A stretch of 63,211 bases of DNA, the filler included, from Phoronis australis (taxonomy: Eukaryota > Animalia > Phoronida): NCBI GenBank assembly GCA_002633005.1. It is 8 parts of 8 records of this genome, joined end to end, with 100 filler letters (N's around TTAATTAATTAA, not from the genome) between each part and the next. Parts side by side here need not be neighbours in the genome. Positions count along the whole stretch, not along the records: positions 60,763 to 63,211 come from NMRA01003663.1; 7 more parts are not named here. One strand, given 5' to 3'. Position numbers and translations under genes: made by a program. The first letter of the stretch is position 1, and every line of letters begins with the position of its first letter. This document shows, piece by piece, positions 61,511 through 63,211 of the stretch. The notes under the pieces were generated by a model that was not told the DNA's origin, made no database searches, and worked only from the letters and a program-made list of their open reading frames with translations.

Positions 61511-61723
61511 ATACAACTGATGCATCGCCTGTCACGAATTTCAGTTAATTCGTCTTTGATAAAAGGTGATTTTATATTTGTTCCTCTTGTTAAATACCTA
61601 AGTAATGAATTGAGGTGCTTTTTGTCTTGTAATGACCGATGTAGTCCTGTGTAGCATTTGTTGTATTACTGCAGGTTCACTAGCTAAGCCTCTACTAGTC
61701 TAGAAGTACTCACCAAGGCAAAA

Positions 61724-62649
61724 CATAGGCAATGACCATCGCCTCTGTTGGCCCGAACCAGAGGCGATGTAGAGGCTATAGGCGCTCTGTACGCCGAAAG
61801 CTTTTCGGCGAATTATGCCTCGCACCGACTAAACCATCAAAGCCACGTTGTTATAACTACCTTTTGCGCATAGACGAACACCTTAGGAGGTTGTTGATGT
61901 GTTTAAGTTCTTCCAACTCGAACAAATACNTCCCGTTATGAAACTTTTTCTTCGAGCAGTCCCTATTTCAGTTCCCAAAATCGTGAAATCAAAATTTTCA
62001 TTTTTTAACCAGGCTGAAGGTCAGAAGTTGCGGTCCTACCGGCGAACTTTGAAAGCTGAAGTTCCCGACCTTTGCGTACGTGCTGCCGGGAACCAGCCGT
62101 GCATTTGCCGTGTTGTTAAACATTAAAATGTCAAATATGTGCACAAAGACTGTTAAATGTCATATCAACAGCATTTATTTCTATCAAATACAAACAATAA
62201 TTCATTGAAATACAAACAGTTTCAAGTAACGCCAATTAAAGACAAGTATATGTGGTGGCATTTTGGAAACGAACATTTGACTGACAAGACCGCAATGGCT
62301 CACCTTTGGCCTATTTAAAGATTGAGGTCATGAAGTCACATCACCTAGCAAGCGCAATTGGAGCGTGCGCAGTACAAAAATTTTGATTTCACGATTTTGG
62401 GAACTGAAATAGGGACTGCTTGAAGAAAAAGTTTCATAACGGGAGTATTTGTTCGAATTGGAAGGACTTAAACACATCGACAACCTCCTAAGGTGTTCCT
62501 CTATGCGCAAAAGGTATTTATAACAACGTGACTTTGATGGTTTAGTCGGTGCGAGGCATAATTCGCCGAAAAGCTTCCGGCATACAGAGGGTCTATAGCC
62601 TCTGCATCGCCTCTGCTTCAGGCCAACAGAGGCGATGGTCATTGCCTAT
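61724..62649. mobile_element. Foldback element with ~270-bp TIRs (CATAGGC terminus, P-like), plus a diverged extra arm at ~62700-62890
   Basis: 61725-61998 is the reverse complement of 62377-62649; explains the twin ORFs at 61732 (+) and 62642 (-). Confidence 0.9.
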
Positions 62650-63211
62650 CCGGGCGGATACACCAAAAATAGGAGGCCAGTTGCCAACTTGGGCAACTGA
62701 ATGAAGGACTGCTTGAAGAAAAAGTTTGATAACGGGAGTATGTGTTCTACTTGGAAGGCATTAAAAATATTGACGGCCTCCGAAGGTGTCACAATATATG
62801 CAAAATTGCAAAAGGTATTTATAACAAAGATACACTGATGTTTTAATCAATGTGAGACATAATTCGCTGAAGGCCTCTGGCGTATGATACACCTGGGGAC
62901 CAGGTTCCCCTCAGATTCAAAGCATTGTGGGTAAATATCACAGAATCAGAGAGGGCGCTGCTGCATTGCAGGCAATGACTGTTGCTCTTATAGTCCATGT
63001 AAGTGCAAGTATGTTTAACAGAATGCCGATACCCAGTTGATGTACATGCTTGAAAGCTTAATATTTGTCGCATTTATCTTGATTACAAGTATTGTCATCT
63101 CATTTCAGACTACCTCGTGCATTTGAAAATGTGAATACAACAAGCCCACTAGCTGTATAATGTAGATACAAGTATAAACTCTACAAAGTTGAAGATGTCT
63201 AGAGGACTCCG

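Noticed and set aside
61732-62642. Twin ORFs MTIASVG... on opposite strands as duplicated genes
   Set aside because: They are the two arms of a foldback transposon.

Overview
Eukaryotic, intron-rich, transposon-dense DNA from an animal genome, probably a marine invertebrate. It is not one locus: eight unrelated contigs are joined by artificial 100-bp spacers (N44-TTAATTAATTAA-N44), so gene neighbourhoods across spacers mean nothing. Recognisable genes, mostly partial and spliced: gamma-syntrophin (2 exons), dimethylglycine dehydrogenase (last 2 exons), an intronless 920-aa LRR-LRRCT-Ig protein with a probable GPI tail, a SABATH/Methyltransf_7-type SAM-dependent methyltransferase (last 5 exons), harmonin/USH1C (1 exon) and APEH (first 2 exons). 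The most novel item is largely missed by the ORF track: a minus-strand, roughly 7-exon gene (16.9 kb to 12.3 kb) for a ~122-aa prepropeptide with signal peptide, very acidic pro-region, a dibasic site and a short cationic two-Cys peptide (predicted WLFSRCSKSFCTSTR). Also notable: a Helentron-type (HINE/DINE-1-like) element with a higher-order array of CTCF-like motifs, TACATGTA insertions that look like Tc1/mariner excision footprints, CAG/CAT-ended MITEs with 5-bp TSDs, and a Penelope remnant with a hammerhead-like motif. All family assignments come from motif recognition by eye; no database searches were run.
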